Source: an uncultured Gemmatimonadota bacterium
Lineage (GTDB): Bacteria; Gemmatimonadota; Gemmatimonadetes; Palauibacterales; Palauibacteraceae
Length of the DNA: 64,000 bases
Assembly (NCBI GenBank): GCA_964510615.1
Contig: CAZEBA010000015.1
Location: 4,588-68,587 of the forward strand
Direction of reading: 5' to 3'
Shown: positions 1 to 8,272 of the stretch, one piece after another
How positions within the stretch are numbered: the first letter of the stretch is position 1
Layout of the letters: every line of letters starts with the position of its first letter
Position numbers and translations under genes: made by a program
Notes under the pieces: model-generated
The model's input: the letters and a program-made list of their open reading frames with translations, nothing else
Told to the model about the DNA's origin: nothing
Database searches by the model: none

Positions 1-235
1 TCACCGCGATCGCCGGCCCCACGATCGGCGCCGCGCCGGCGACTGAAGTGAAGTGGTGGCCGAAGAGGACATGCCTGTTCGTCGGAACGAAGTCGATCCC
101 GTCCTCGAACCGGTGGGCCGGCGTGACGAAGTCCGGATCGAGGCGGTAGATGCGCCGCGCGATGAACCGGGAGTAGACCAGATAGCCGGTGAGGAAGGCC
201 GACAGCCCGACGACCAGCAGCACGATCGCGCTCAA
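1..235 (-). CDS. cstA: carbon starvation protein CstA, N-terminal fragment (continues beyond window start)
   Basis: Not in the ORF track because it runs off the window edge. Manual minus-strand translation from 235 gives (L/M)SAIVLLVVGLSAFLTGYLVYSRFIARRIYRLDPDFVTPAHRFEDGIDFVPTNRHVLFGHHFTSVAGAAPIVGPAIAV. This matches the conserved CstA N-terminus (E. coli ...[45 protein letters not shown]). The putative TTG start at 235..233 overlaps the TGA stop (234..232) of the upstream ArsA-like gene. Confidence 0.8.
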   Translation of the reverse strand, partial: MSAIVLLVVGLSAFLTGYLVYSRFIARRIYRLDPDFVTPAHRFEDGIDFVPTNRHVLFGHHFTSVAGAAPIVGPAIAV

Positions 236-1239
236 CGCCGCTCCTCCACCGTCTGACTGGATATGTCAGACATCGGTCGATGTGACTCCGTCCAACGGTT
301 GAACAACAGGTCGCCTAGCTCCTTCAGGGCCTCCGTGCCCACCGGATCCCCCTCCCGCTCCGGCACCTGAAGGCGCGGCCACGCGTCCAGGTCTCGCTCG
401 ATCATCGCCAGGTACTCCATCTCCCGCTCCCCTCCCCTCGCACGCACGTCCGGCGAGGGTCTGGCGGTCCGCACCCGGTTGACCAGGATTCCGCCGACCG
501 GAATTCCGTACCTGCCGAGCGTCCGAGCCGCGCGGCCGGTCTCCCAGATCGGTAGCCGCTCCGGCACGACGACGAAGAAGAACGCGGTCTGCTCGGGATC
601 GGTGATGACACTCCGTGCCCGGACAAACCGCGCTCGCCGCTCCTCCAGCGCCCGCAGCACGGGATCGTCCTCATCCCCCTCGAGGCCGGACCCTCCGGCC
701 ACGGTCCGCCAGATGCGGCCGGCCGCCGTGACCTGGCGGCGTCGGCCGATCAACCCGGCGATCCAGGCCGACATCTGTTCGGGCAGCGAGAGCAGCTGGA
801 GCGTCTGGGCGGTGGGCGCGGTGTCGAAGACGATGCGGTCGTACTCCCCTCCCTCCTCGTCGAGGATCCGCGAGAAGCGCTCGAACAGGGCAGCCTCGAC
901 GGCGCCGGGCGAGACGCGAGCGATGTCGATCTGGCGCTCCACCTCCCCCGCGAGGCGAGGCGTGACCGCATCCGCGAGCCGCGCCTTCACGTCCGCGATG
1001 TACCGGTCCGTCTCGCCTACCGGATCGAGCTCCATGGCCCAGCAACCCGCCGTCACGGAGCGAGGCTCGGAGCCGAGCTTCGCCTGCAGGATGTCCCCGG
1101 TGGAGTGGGCCGGGTCCGTGGAGACGAGGAGTGTGCGTCGCCGCCGAGCCGCCAGGCTAAGGGCCGTCGCCGCCGCCAGCGTCGTCTTTCCCACGCCTCC
1201 CTTCCCGCCGAAGAAAAGAATGCGGCGGCTCAGCAGCAC
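232..1239 (-). CDS. ArsA/GET3-family P-loop ATPase (single-domain)
   Basis: C-terminal 335 codons of track ORF 232..1515. It has the Walker A motif FFGGKGGVGKTT followed by LLVSTDPAHS, typical of ArsA-type ATPases. The N-terminal 92 codons of the track ORF are Arg/Pro/Gly-rich and overlap the next gene. The GTG at 1239 overlaps the CC-stop of the upstream small gene (ccgGTGCTGCTGA). Confidence 0.8.
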   Translation of the reverse strand: MLLSRRILFFGGKGGVGKTTLAAATALSLAARRRRTLLVSTDPAHSTGDILQAKLGSEPRSVTAGCWAMELDPVGETDRYIADVKARLADAVTPRLAGEVERQIDIARVSPGAVEAALFERFSRILDEEGGEYDRIVFDTAPTAQTLQLLSLPEQMSAWIAGLIGRRRQVTAAGRIWRTVAGGSGLEGDEDDPVLRALEERRARFVRARSVITDPEQTAFFFVVVPERLPIWETGRAARTLGRYGIPVGGILVNRVRTARPSPDVRARGGEREMEYLAMIERDLDAWPRLQVPEREGDPVGTEALKELGDLLFNRWTESHRPMSDISSQTVEERR

Positions 1240-1526
1240 CGGAATCCCCCCTCGGGCGCGCGCTCCATCCCCATCCGGAGGTGCCAGCGATGGAAGCCCT
1301 CGATCAGCTCCGGATAGAGCTCGAGCACATAGAACTGCACGGGGTTGGGGACGCCGAGCAGGTCGGAGAAGCCGACGAGGAGAAACAGGTCCCGCTGTCG
1401 CCGGTACTCCCGGTGTACCTGTGCGCGGTAGGGTGCGATGTACATCCCCTCGTAGATCTCCCGCGCCTGCCGCAGCCCGGCGCGGAGGATCCCCGCCGCC
1501 TCGCGGATCCGCCACGAAACCCTCAC
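1230..1526 (-). CDS. small YbdD/YjiX-like (DUF466, CC-terminal) protein
   Basis: 3' part of track ORF 1230..1769. The upstream part of that ORF overlaps the FTCD gene and is Arg-rich junk. A GTG at 1526 is preceded by GGAGG about 12 nt upstream. The product ends ...LLGVPNPVQFYVLELYPELIEGFHRWHLRMGMERAPEGGFRCC-stop, resembling E. coli YbdD/YjiX (...IGMPDYDNYVEHM...FFRERQDARYGGKGGARCC-stop). The start is uncertain; an alternative ATG lies at 1445. Confidence 0.6.
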   Translation of the reverse strand: MRVSWRIREAAGILRAGLRQAREIYEGMYIAPYRAQVHREYRRQRDLFLLVGFSDLLGVPNPVQFYVLELYPELIEGFHRWHLRMGMERAPEGGFRCC

Positions 1527-1578
1527 GCCGCGACTCGGCCTCCGACAGTGGCTCGCGGTCCGCCGAGAGAGCCCACGA

Positions 1579-3402
1579 CTACCCGAGCTTTCCCTCCACC
1601 TCGGCCCGCACCGCCTCGGCGAGCTCGGCTCCCTCCACCAGCAGTCTCTCGACGGCCGCTTCCATCTCGCCGGCGAACGTTTCGTCCTCCGTCTGCGGAA
1701 GGTTGATCCGAACGTTGTACGCCGCGGAGCGGGCGGCCGCCTCCGCCAGCAGCGCGGCGGTCCCGACATCGCTCACCATCTGAGGCCCGGCCAGCGGAGC
1801 GATTTCGGCGCAGAGCCGGAGCACCTCCACACAGAGCTCCACGTTGGCGAGCGGCACGCGCGTCGCCCGCTTGTAGCCCGCGCGCATCGCCTCCGCCCGC
1901 TCCGTCCGCTCCTCCTCCGAGTCCTTCGGCATGCGCATCGCCTCGATGACCGAGTCGAAGGCGCGGGTATCCTCGTCCACGCCGCGCACGAGCGCATCCT
2001 TGACCTCCTGCCCGCGCTCGGCGATCGAGCACAGCGTCTCGTAGTGCCGATCGAACTCCCCCATCGGCACCGACAGGTTGGCGACCATCGCCGCCAGCGC
2101 ACCGCCGAGCGCGCCGGCCAGCGCCGCGGCCGACCCCCCGCCGGGCGCCGGCGTGTCACGCGAAACCTCGTCGACGAAGTCGTACGTGGGCCGCAGGACC
2201 AGCGGGCCCTCCAGCTTCGGGAGACCGAGGACCCGCTCCGCAGGATCGAAGTCGGCGACGTCGCGAAGCCCCATCGACTGGATCGCCGTTTCCATCAGGT
2301 CGGGCAGCGGGATGCCGGACGACTTCCGCATTCGCGCCAGGTAGTACTGCGCGGCCCACCTCATCGCATCGTACGGCACCACCCCGACGATCTCCGAGCC
2401 GGTCACCTCGATCCCGCGCTTGCGGGCCTCCTCTCGGGCCGCCTCCAGCACCTCGTGCGGCGGGCTGACCTTGTAGTTGGTGAGGTTCAGGCTGACCTGG
2501 GCGCGACCGTACTCCTCGATCACCCAGCCGAGGCCCTTCACGGACCGAAACCGCCCGTCCCGGTAGACCGGCCCGCTCGGGCTCTCCGGGTCGATCGGGA
2601 TCGACGCGTAGCGCTCCCGCAGGTCCCCGCCGTGCGCCTCGCGGTAGTGCTCGGACAGCTCGTCGAACGACCCTCCCGTGAAGTCGCAGCTTCCGCAGGG
2701 ATGGGTGCCGTCCTCCGGATAGCGTACGACCTCGCCCTTGTAGTAGAAGGGATCGATGTTGCCCGAGCGCTTCCAGCGGCCGCGCTCCCGCAGCTCGTAG
2801 GCGATGTCGGTAGCGTAGCGCCGGTCGGCGGTGTTGAGGTTGATGTTGTAGGCGATCAGGAACTCGCGGGCGCCGACAGCGGTCGCGCCTGCTGTCGGAT
2901 GGAAGACCGCCGGCCCGAAGTCCGGCGCCCAGGCCGGGTCGGCGAGCCTGGCCTCCAGCCCCTCGTACTCGCCGGCCCGGACCGCCGACAGGTTCCGTCG
3001 CTCGGGACGGCTGGCCGCATGCTCGTAGAGATAGACGGGGATCCCGAGCTCGTCACCGATCCGTCGGCCGACGTCTCGCGCGATATTGACGCACTCCTCC
3101 ATCGACACGCCGCCGACCGGAACGAACGGCACGACATCGGCCGCCCCGAAGCGCGGGTGCGCTCCGTGATGCTGGCGCATGTCGATCAGCTCGGCCGCAC
3201 GGCGCACGGCCCGGAACGCCGCCTCGCCGATGCGATCCGGGGGACCAACGAAGGTGACGACCGTGCGGTTGGTGTCTGCGCCGGGGTCCACGTCCAGCAG
3301 GGTAATCCCGGTCGTCCGCTCGATCGAGCCCGAGATCTCCCCGATGACCGTCGGGTCCCGGCCCTCGGAGAAGTTCGGTACGCACTCGACGATCCGTTCC
3401 AT
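1579..3402 (-). CDS. bifunctional glutamate formimidoyltransferase / formimidoyltetrahydrofolate cyclodeaminase (FTCD-like)
   Basis: 607 aa. The N-terminus MERIVECVPNFSEGRD...HPRFGAADVVPFVP is the formiminotransferase signature. The C-terminal domain has the cyclodeaminase signature TPAPGGGSAAALAGALGGALAAMVANLS. Confidence 0.9.
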   Translation of the reverse strand: MERIVECVPNFSEGRDPTVIGEISGSIERTTGITLLDVDPGADTNRTVVTFVGPPDRIGEAAFRAVRRAAELIDMRQHHGAHPRFGAADVVPFVPVGGVSMEECVNIARDVGRRIGDELGIPVYLYEHAASRPERRNLSAVRAGEYEGLEARLADPAWAPDFGPAVFHPTAGATAVGAREFLIAYNINLNTADRRYATDIAYELRERGRWKRSGNIDPFYYKGEVVRYPEDGTHPCGSCDFTGGSFDELSEHYREAHGGDLRERYASIPIDPESPSGPVYRDGRFRSVKGLGWVIEEYGRAQVSLNLTNYKVSPPHEVLEAAREEARKRGIEVTGSEIVGVVPYDAMRWAAQYYLARMRKSSGIPLPDLMETAIQSMGLRDVADFDPAERVLGLPKLEGPLVLRPTYDFVDEVSRDTPAPGGGSAAALAGALGGALAAMVANLSVPMGEFDRHYETLCSIAERGQEVKDALVRGVDEDTRAFDSVIEAMRMPKDSEEERTERAEAMRAGYKRATRVPLANVELCVEVLRLCAEIAPLAGPQMVSDVGTAALLAEAAARSAAYNVRINLPQTEDETFAGEMEAAVERLLVEGAELAEAVRAEVEGKLG

Positions 3403-3417
3403 GACTCCCTTTCCGGC

Positions 3418-3897
3418 TCAGGCCCGCAGGATATCCCGGATGATGCCGAGGTGATGGTCGGTGTGGATCTCCAGGAAGCGCATCGCCTGGTCCCGCCGCA
3501 GGATCCCGAGGGCGAAGTGTCGGGACCACGCGTCCTCGCGGATCTCGGGCGCGCGCAGGAGGAGCGACGAGCACTCGGCTAGGCCGATCTCCAACTCATC
3601 CGGAGCGGCGTCGACCTTCGGCCGTGCGACCTCCGGCGCCTCGGCGGCGCCCCGTGGGATCTTCCCGGCGGCCAGCACCCGAAGGCCTGCCGGAGCGGGC
3701 GACGCCTCGGGGGCCGGCCCGGTGCAGGCCAGCAGATTCCCGAGCATCGACCTCATCGACAGGACGCAGTGCTCGAGGTGCTGCCCCACCGACCAGGCGG
3801 AGACCGGCCCGGATCGCCGCGCGCGCTCCGGTATGAGGCTGCGGAGTTCGTCGATCTGGGACTTCGCCAGCCGGGTATCCGGACACGACGCCGTCAC
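3418..3897 (-). CDS. DinB-superfamily (DUF1569-like) protein
   Basis: 159 aa. It shows a four-helix-bundle His pattern (QHLEHCVLS ... FLEIHTDHHLGII) typical of DinB_2/DUF1569 proteins. It lies 15 nt from both neighbouring genes. Confidence 0.6.
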   Translation of the reverse strand: MTASCPDTRLAKSQIDELRSLIPERARRSGPVSAWSVGQHLEHCVLSMRSMLGNLLACTGPAPEASPAPAGLRVLAAGKIPRGAAEAPEVARPKVDAAPDELEIGLAECSSLLLRAPEIREDAWSRHFALGILRRDQAMRFLEIHTDHHLGIIRDILRA

Positions 3898-3912
3898 GCC
3901 CGACTCCGCCAG

Positions 3913-5502
3913 CTAGCCGCCGGACGCTTCCTGTCTCGCCTCCACCGCTGCCTCTTCCGCCTCCGCCTCCAGCTTCTCCCTCGCCGCCTCCTGCTCTGCG
4001 ATCATGCTGTAGGCTGTGTAGTACTTGAAGATGTTGTCCACGTACTGGATCGTCTCCCGCCCCACCGTCTCGGCGACGACGAGTTCGACGTTGCGGAACC
4101 AGAGGTTCGGGTTCAGGCCGCGCTCAGCCGCCACCTCGCGAAGACGCTGGATGCGGTTCGGCCCCGCGTTGTAGGCAGCGATCGAGAACAGGATCTGTTC
4201 CCGCTCGGGGATCGCGGCGTCGGCGAAGTAGCGGCGCCGGATGAACTCCATGTACTTCATACCGGCGTGGATGTTGGTCTCGGCGGTGGAGATGTCCGGG
4301 ATACCGACATTCGGATCCGCGGCGGTGCTCGGGAGGAGCTGCATGATCCCGACGGCTCCGGCGTGGCTCCGGACGCTCTGATCCAGGCCCGACTCCTGGT
4401 AGCCCTGCGCCACCATCAGAAGGTAGGGAAAGCCGTACTCGCCCGCGTAACGTCGGAAGAGCTCCACCACCGCCAGGTAACGCTCGCGCTCCCTCGCACT
4501 GCCGGCGTTGCGCACCCACTGCGTGTTCTTCCAGTAGCGCTGGAAGAGCACGTTGAATAGGTAGCTGCCCTCGGGATTCCGGGCGACGAACCGGTTCACC
4601 ACGGCGGCGAGCTGGGGGCTGTTCTTGCGGAACGCCCAGGCCGTCCGACCTCCGCTCCGCACAGCCAGTCCTGGATGCACGATGATTGCGTCGAGCACCT
4701 GCGCCCAGAGCTCGGCCTTGTGCTCATCCACGATGACGATCGGCACGAGGCCCGCGTTGACCATCTCCATCAGGTCCTCGTCCTCCAGGTTTTCCGCGGC
4801 GGGCCGAAGAATCATCGGCGGGCGGCCGGCGGCCTCGAACGACTCGTTCAGCGCCGTCAGGCTCTCGAAGTAGCTGCTGGAGCGGCGGACCAGAATCGAC
4901 TGGCCGGCGAGATCATCGAGGCTCGATAGGGGGGGCGCGCCCGGTCCGCTGACCACGACCTCCCGCACGTTCGCGGTGAACGGGTCGGAGAAGTCGACGA
5001 TCTCTTGGCGGGCCGGCGTGATCGTGAGTCCGCCCGCCGCGATGTCCCCTCGTCCATCGACCAGCCCCTGCAGCAGGTAGTCGCGGGCGGTCGGGATGAG
5101 GATCACATGCACGGGTCGCCGTCCCGTCTTGAGCTCCTTGTTCAAATACTGCTCGAACTCGCGGAACGCCTCGTAGGTGATCCCGCGCTGCACGCCGCCG
5201 TCGAGAAAGAAGAACGTCTTGCTGTAGGGTGCGAGCACCCGGACGACCCGGTACTTGACCATGGTGTCCAGGTCCGCGGTCCACGTCCGGTCCAACCCGA
5301 GCTGACGGGCCGCGTCGCTCCCCCAAGCGACCAGGGCCGGCCTCGTGTCTGCTGCCAGGGCGGAATCGGCGTCTGAACCCTCTGATGACCCCGGGCCACT
5401 CTGCGAGGGACCGCAGGCCGCGATGAGCGGCAGGATGGTCAGACAGGCATGGCAGAAGCGTACACGCATCGGCGGAAAGTCACTGCCGAGCCGGCGTCGC
5501 AC
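3913..5502 (-). CDS. MltF-like membrane-bound lytic transglycosylase (solute-binding domain + SLT domain), lipoprotein
   Basis: 529 aa. It has an SBP_bac_3-like N-terminal half and an SLT catalytic region QGYQESGLDQ...GAVGIMQLLPSTA...AYNAGPNR. The probable true start is the ATG at 5469 (MRVRFCHACLTILPLIAAC, lipobox LIAAC). Confidence 0.85.
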   Translation of the reverse strand: MRRRLGSDFPPMRVRFCHACLTILPLIAACGPSQSGPGSSEGSDADSALAADTRPALVAWGSDAARQLGLDRTWTADLDTMVKYRVVRVLAPYSKTFFFLDGGVQRGITYEAFREFEQYLNKELKTGRRPVHVILIPTARDYLLQGLVDGRGDIAAGGLTITPARQEIVDFSDPFTANVREVVVSGPGAPPLSSLDDLAGQSILVRRSSSYFESLTALNESFEAAGRPPMILRPAAENLEDEDLMEMVNAGLVPIVIVDEHKAELWAQVLDAIIVHPGLAVRSGGRTAWAFRKNSPQLAAVVNRFVARNPEGSYLFNVLFQRYWKNTQWVRNAGSARERERYLAVVELFRRYAGEYGFPYLLMVAQGYQESGLDQSVRSHAGAVGIMQLLPSTAADPNVGIPDISTAETNIHAGMKYMEFIRRRYFADAAIPEREQILFSIAAYNAGPNRIQRLREVAAERGLNPNLWFRNVELVVAETVGRETIQYVDNIFKYYTAYSMIAEQEAAREKLEAEAEEAAVEARQEASGG

Positions 5503-5511
5503 AAGCGACCC

Positions 5512-7092
5512 TTAGATGGAGAGCGCTGCCAGCGGGCTCTCGACGCACGGAGGCCGGCCCGAGTCGACCAGCTTCGCGTACTCGCGGCCGATGAGGACGG
5601 CGATGGCCAACCACGCCAGCACGAGCACGATGTTCACCAGCGCGAACTGCCCTGCCCTCATGCCCAGGAAGGTGGTTCCGAGGAACACGACGCTGGCGGC
5701 GAGCACATCCCCGGCACGCCAGAAGAAGGAGTCGATGGCCTGCTTCGCCTTGTACTTCTGCTCGCGGGTGCAGGGCAGGAAGACCACGTTTCGCATCGTG
5801 TTCTGGAGGGAGTAGTCCGTGGCGTTCTCGGCCGTCTTCGTCCAGCGCACGATCGACAGCAGCGGATAGATGGCGAGCAGCGCGTACCCTCCCAGGGCGA
5901 TGAGCGGAAGGATGAGCAGGGCCGTCCGCGCGCCAAGGTACTTGATGACCCGGGAGACGAGGAAGAGCTGGATGAACAGGCCGAGGCCGTTGACCACGGC
6001 GAAGAAGCGGGAATAGAAGCCACCGATGAACTGCCCCTCGGTGATCCTGCCCGCACCGCCTGCCACCGCTGCCGAGGCCGCATCCTCCACCACGCTGCCG
6101 AGAATGTACTCGCCGGTGGTGTTGACCCAGTTGAGGAGAAGGATGAGGAGAGCGATGAACAGCAGGTAGCGACATTTCAGAACGAGCTTGAAAGGGCCCT
6201 CTCCCTTCCCCGCGAACTGCAGCGTCTGCGTGAGGTCCGGAGCCGGGACCTGCGGCTCGGTACCGGGAACCGTCCGCTCCTCGACCTCCACCCCGAGCGC
6301 CTCCCGTTCGGCCTGGAGCCGGTCGTACTCCTCGATCGCCCGGCGGATGTCCGCCAGGCTGAGCTGGCTGCTCGCCGCCGGCATCGTCGCCGTATCGAGG
6401 ACGCTCGGGACCCCGACTTCCTTCCGTCGCCGCTCGCGGGAGTCGATCCGGTTCGTGATGGCCAGGCTGGCCGAGAGGATGACCGCCGCGATGAGGAGCG
6501 GCGGAAAGATGCCGAACACGGAGATCACGCCGCCCGACAACCAGCTTCCGGCCACGGCACCGGCGGAAGCCCCAAAGGCAACGATCGGAAACAGCCTTTC
6601 GCCCTCCTCGGTCGTGTAGATGTCGTTGGCGAACGACCAGAACTGGGCGACCACCATGACGTTGAAGATCCCGATCCAGAGGAAGAACACGAGCGCCAGC
6701 TGAAGCGAGGACCCGGCCGTCCGCCCCACCAGGTAGAACGCCGCCATGCAGGCCGCGAAGAATACGGTGACGATGTTGATCAGCGGCCTGCGCGGCAGCC
6801 GCCCGGCGAGCGCGCCGTAGATCGGGACTATGCCCAGGAGAAGAAGCGCCTGGCCGGCCGACGAGTAGGCCTTGATCTCCGCCCCTCCGCTCTCCAGGAT
6901 CAGCGCCTCGCGGACGGGCTTGATGAAGTAGTAGGCGGTGAGGATGAGGAAGACGTTCAGGCCCAGCAGCAGGACGGTTCCGCTCTCCCCCGCCCGCACA
7001 TCGCTGAACAGGCGCAGGAAGCGGTCCATGGCGCTCGCCCGGCCGCCGCGGACCGGCCGGCTTTCTCCTCCGGGCCGGCCGGGGAGGGTCAC
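5512..7092 (-). CDS. TLC/Npt-family (ATP:ADP antiporter-like) MFS-type transporter
   Basis: Multi-TM protein. The stretch FFLWIGIFNVMVVAQFWSFANDIYTTEEGERLFPIVAFGASAG matches the conserved FWxFAN...A.RFY..FG block of Rickettsia/Chlamydia Tlc transporters. The likely start is the ATG at 7029 (MDRFLRLF). The central hydrophilic loop is about 90 aa. Confidence 0.7.
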   Translation of the reverse strand: MTLPGRPGGESRPVRGGRASAMDRFLRLFSDVRAGESGTVLLLGLNVFLILTAYYFIKPVREALILESGGAEIKAYSSAGQALLLLGIVPIYGALAGRLPRRPLINIVTVFFAACMAAFYLVGRTAGSSLQLALVFFLWIGIFNVMVVAQFWSFANDIYTTEEGERLFPIVAFGASAGAVAGSWLSGGVISVFGIFPPLLIAAVILSASLAITNRIDSRERRRKEVGVPSVLDTATMPAASSQLSLADIRRAIEEYDRLQAEREALGVEVEERTVPGTEPQVPAPDLTQTLQFAGKGEGPFKLVLKCRYLLFIALLILLLNWVNTTGEYILGSVVEDAASAAVAGGAGRITEGQFIGGFYSRFFAVVNGLGLFIQLFLVSRVIKYLGARTALLILPLIALGGYALLAIYPLLSIVRWTKTAENATDYSLQNTMRNVVFLPCTREQKYKAKQAIDSFFWRAGDVLAASVVFLGTTFLGMRAGQFALVNIVLVLAWLAIAVLIGREYAKLVDSGRPPCVESPLAALSI

Positions 7093-7095
7093 CCG

Positions 7096-7677
7096 CTACC
7101 CTCTGCGGTACGTGCCCATCAGCCGACCCTGGGCGAGCACCTTCCCCTCCATCGCGGCCAGGAGCTCCGCCTTGGTGGCTCCGGCCTCCAGCTCCGTCCG
7201 CTCCCGCAGCGCGTAGAGGGTGAAGACGTAACGGTGCGGGCCGTTGGGCGGCGGGCACGGGCCTCCATAGCCCAACCGGCGGAAGTCGTTGCGCCCCTGC
7301 CTGGCCCCGCCGAGGACGACCGGATCCACGGGCACCGCCTCGGGGAGCCCGGACGTCGCCGGCTCCAGACCGAAGATCACCCAGTGCACCCAGGTCCGGC
7401 CCGGCGCATCCGGGTCGTCGACGACCAGAGCCAGGCTGGCGGCGTCGCTCGGCACACCCTCCCAGCGCAGCGGTGGTGACAGGTCCTCTCCATCGCAGGT
7501 GAACCGGCGAGGGATCTCCTCCCCGTCCCCGAACGCATCGCTGTACAGCCGGATGGCCATCGTGCTCTCTCCCTGGCGCGCTGGATCGGCACCTGTCCGA
7601 TCAGCCGCACCTTCGCAGGAGACCAGAAGGACGAGGAGCGGAAGACACGCCCCGGAACCGCCTAGACGAACTCGCAA
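7096..7677 (-). CDS. YbhB/YbcL-family phosphatidylethanolamine-binding (PEBP/Raf-kinase-inhibitor-like) protein, probable lipoprotein
   Basis: The last 154 codons of track ORF 7096..8604 read MAIRLYSDAFGDGEEIPRRFTCDGEDLSPPL.W..VP....SLALVVDDPDAP...WVHWV...GYGGPCPP.G.HRY.F.LYAL, the classic bacterial PEBP pattern. In-frame upstream, a TTG at 7677 gives (M)RVRLGGSGACLPLLVLLVSC (lipobox LVSC). The conservative alternative start is the ATG at 7560. Confidence 0.8.
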   Translation of the reverse strand: MRVRLGGSGACLPLLVLLVSCEGAADRTGADPARQGESTMAIRLYSDAFGDGEEIPRRFTCDGEDLSPPLRWEGVPSDAASLALVVDDPDAPGRTWVHWVIFGLEPATSGLPEAVPVDPVVLGGARQGRNDFRRLGYGGPCPPPNGPHRYVFTLYALRERTELEAGATKAELLAAMEGKVLAQGRLMGTYRRG

Positions 7678-8168
7678 CTGCAGGGATTCCCGCTGACCGG
7701 GCCGACCTGCAGCCGGACCAGACAGGCGTAGCGAAAACGCACCGGATCGCTCTTCCAGGCCGCCAGCTTGGCCCGATCCACCTCCTCGCCGACCGGGCTC
7801 GTGCTCTTCCGGATCTCCACGGCGAGCAGGTTCTCGTCGGTCTTGCGGTGATGGATGATGATGTCCGGAAAGACGGAGAGACCGAACGAGTCCCGGGCGA
7901 CCGGTCTCCCCATGACCGCGATGGTGAGCGCCCGCTCGAGCTCGGTGAGCCGGGCGCCGTCGGCCTCGAAGATGTCGTACTCGCAGTCGACGTCCCAGTT
8001 GTCGAAGTGCTTCTCCAGCTGGACTGCCAGCCGGTGACGGAGAGCCCGCTCGTTCGCGTCGTTGACGAGCAGGTGCCGATCGAGAACGCTCAGCTGCCGG
8101 AGGGCCGTCTCGACGCGGAGCCGGATCTCCCGGTCCTGGGCCGTGCTCGAAGGAGCGCTCGACATCAT
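7662..8168 (-). CDS. hypothetical protein with PD-(D/E)xK nuclease-like motif
   Basis: 168 aa with normal amino-acid composition. The motif order is WDVDCEYD ... VFPDIIIHHR ... LLAVEIRK, i.e. D / PD / ExK-like. No other family was recognised. Confidence 0.6.
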   Translation of the reverse strand: MMSSAPSSTAQDREIRLRVETALRQLSVLDRHLLVNDANERALRHRLAVQLEKHFDNWDVDCEYDIFEADGARLTELERALTIAVMGRPVARDSFGLSVFPDIIIHHRKTDENLLAVEIRKSTSPVGEEVDRAKLAAWKSDPVRFRYACLVRLQVGPVSGNPCSCEFV

Positions 8169-8272
8169 CGGCTACCGGCGGCTTTGGGGGACGGAATCTC
8201 GTCTCGGGCGAACAATACGCACGCGGCGTTGATGCGTCACCCACCCGGCCGCTGCCGGAGAGCGCGAACGGA

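Noticed and set aside
1230-1232. Possibility that the TGA after the ...RCC terminus of the DUF466-like protein is itself a Sec or read-through codon. The family has been labelled a putative selenoprotein.
   Set aside because: The downstream read-through frame is immediately occupied by the ArsA-like gene in another frame and gives no sensible extension. The CC-stop terminus is the conserved family end. I saw no hairpin in the right place.
5449-7479. Very long ORFs on the opposite strand or in other frames of real genes. Examples are 5449..7479 (+), 5480..7258 (-), 14882..16711 (-), 17037..19169 (-), 21578..23623 (-), 23620..25008 (-), 26410..27990 (+), 29919..31673 (+), 36209..37741 (+), 37659..39098 (+), 40914..42539 (+), 48711..50297 (-), 50343..52040 (-), 56796..59036 (+) and 60820..61920 (+).
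   Set aside because: Their translations are dominated by Arg, Pro, Gly, Ala and His with no motifs, signal peptides or hydrophobic cores. Each fully overlaps a gene with clear family signatures. These are typical stop-codon-poor shadow ORFs of a roughly 70% GC genome.
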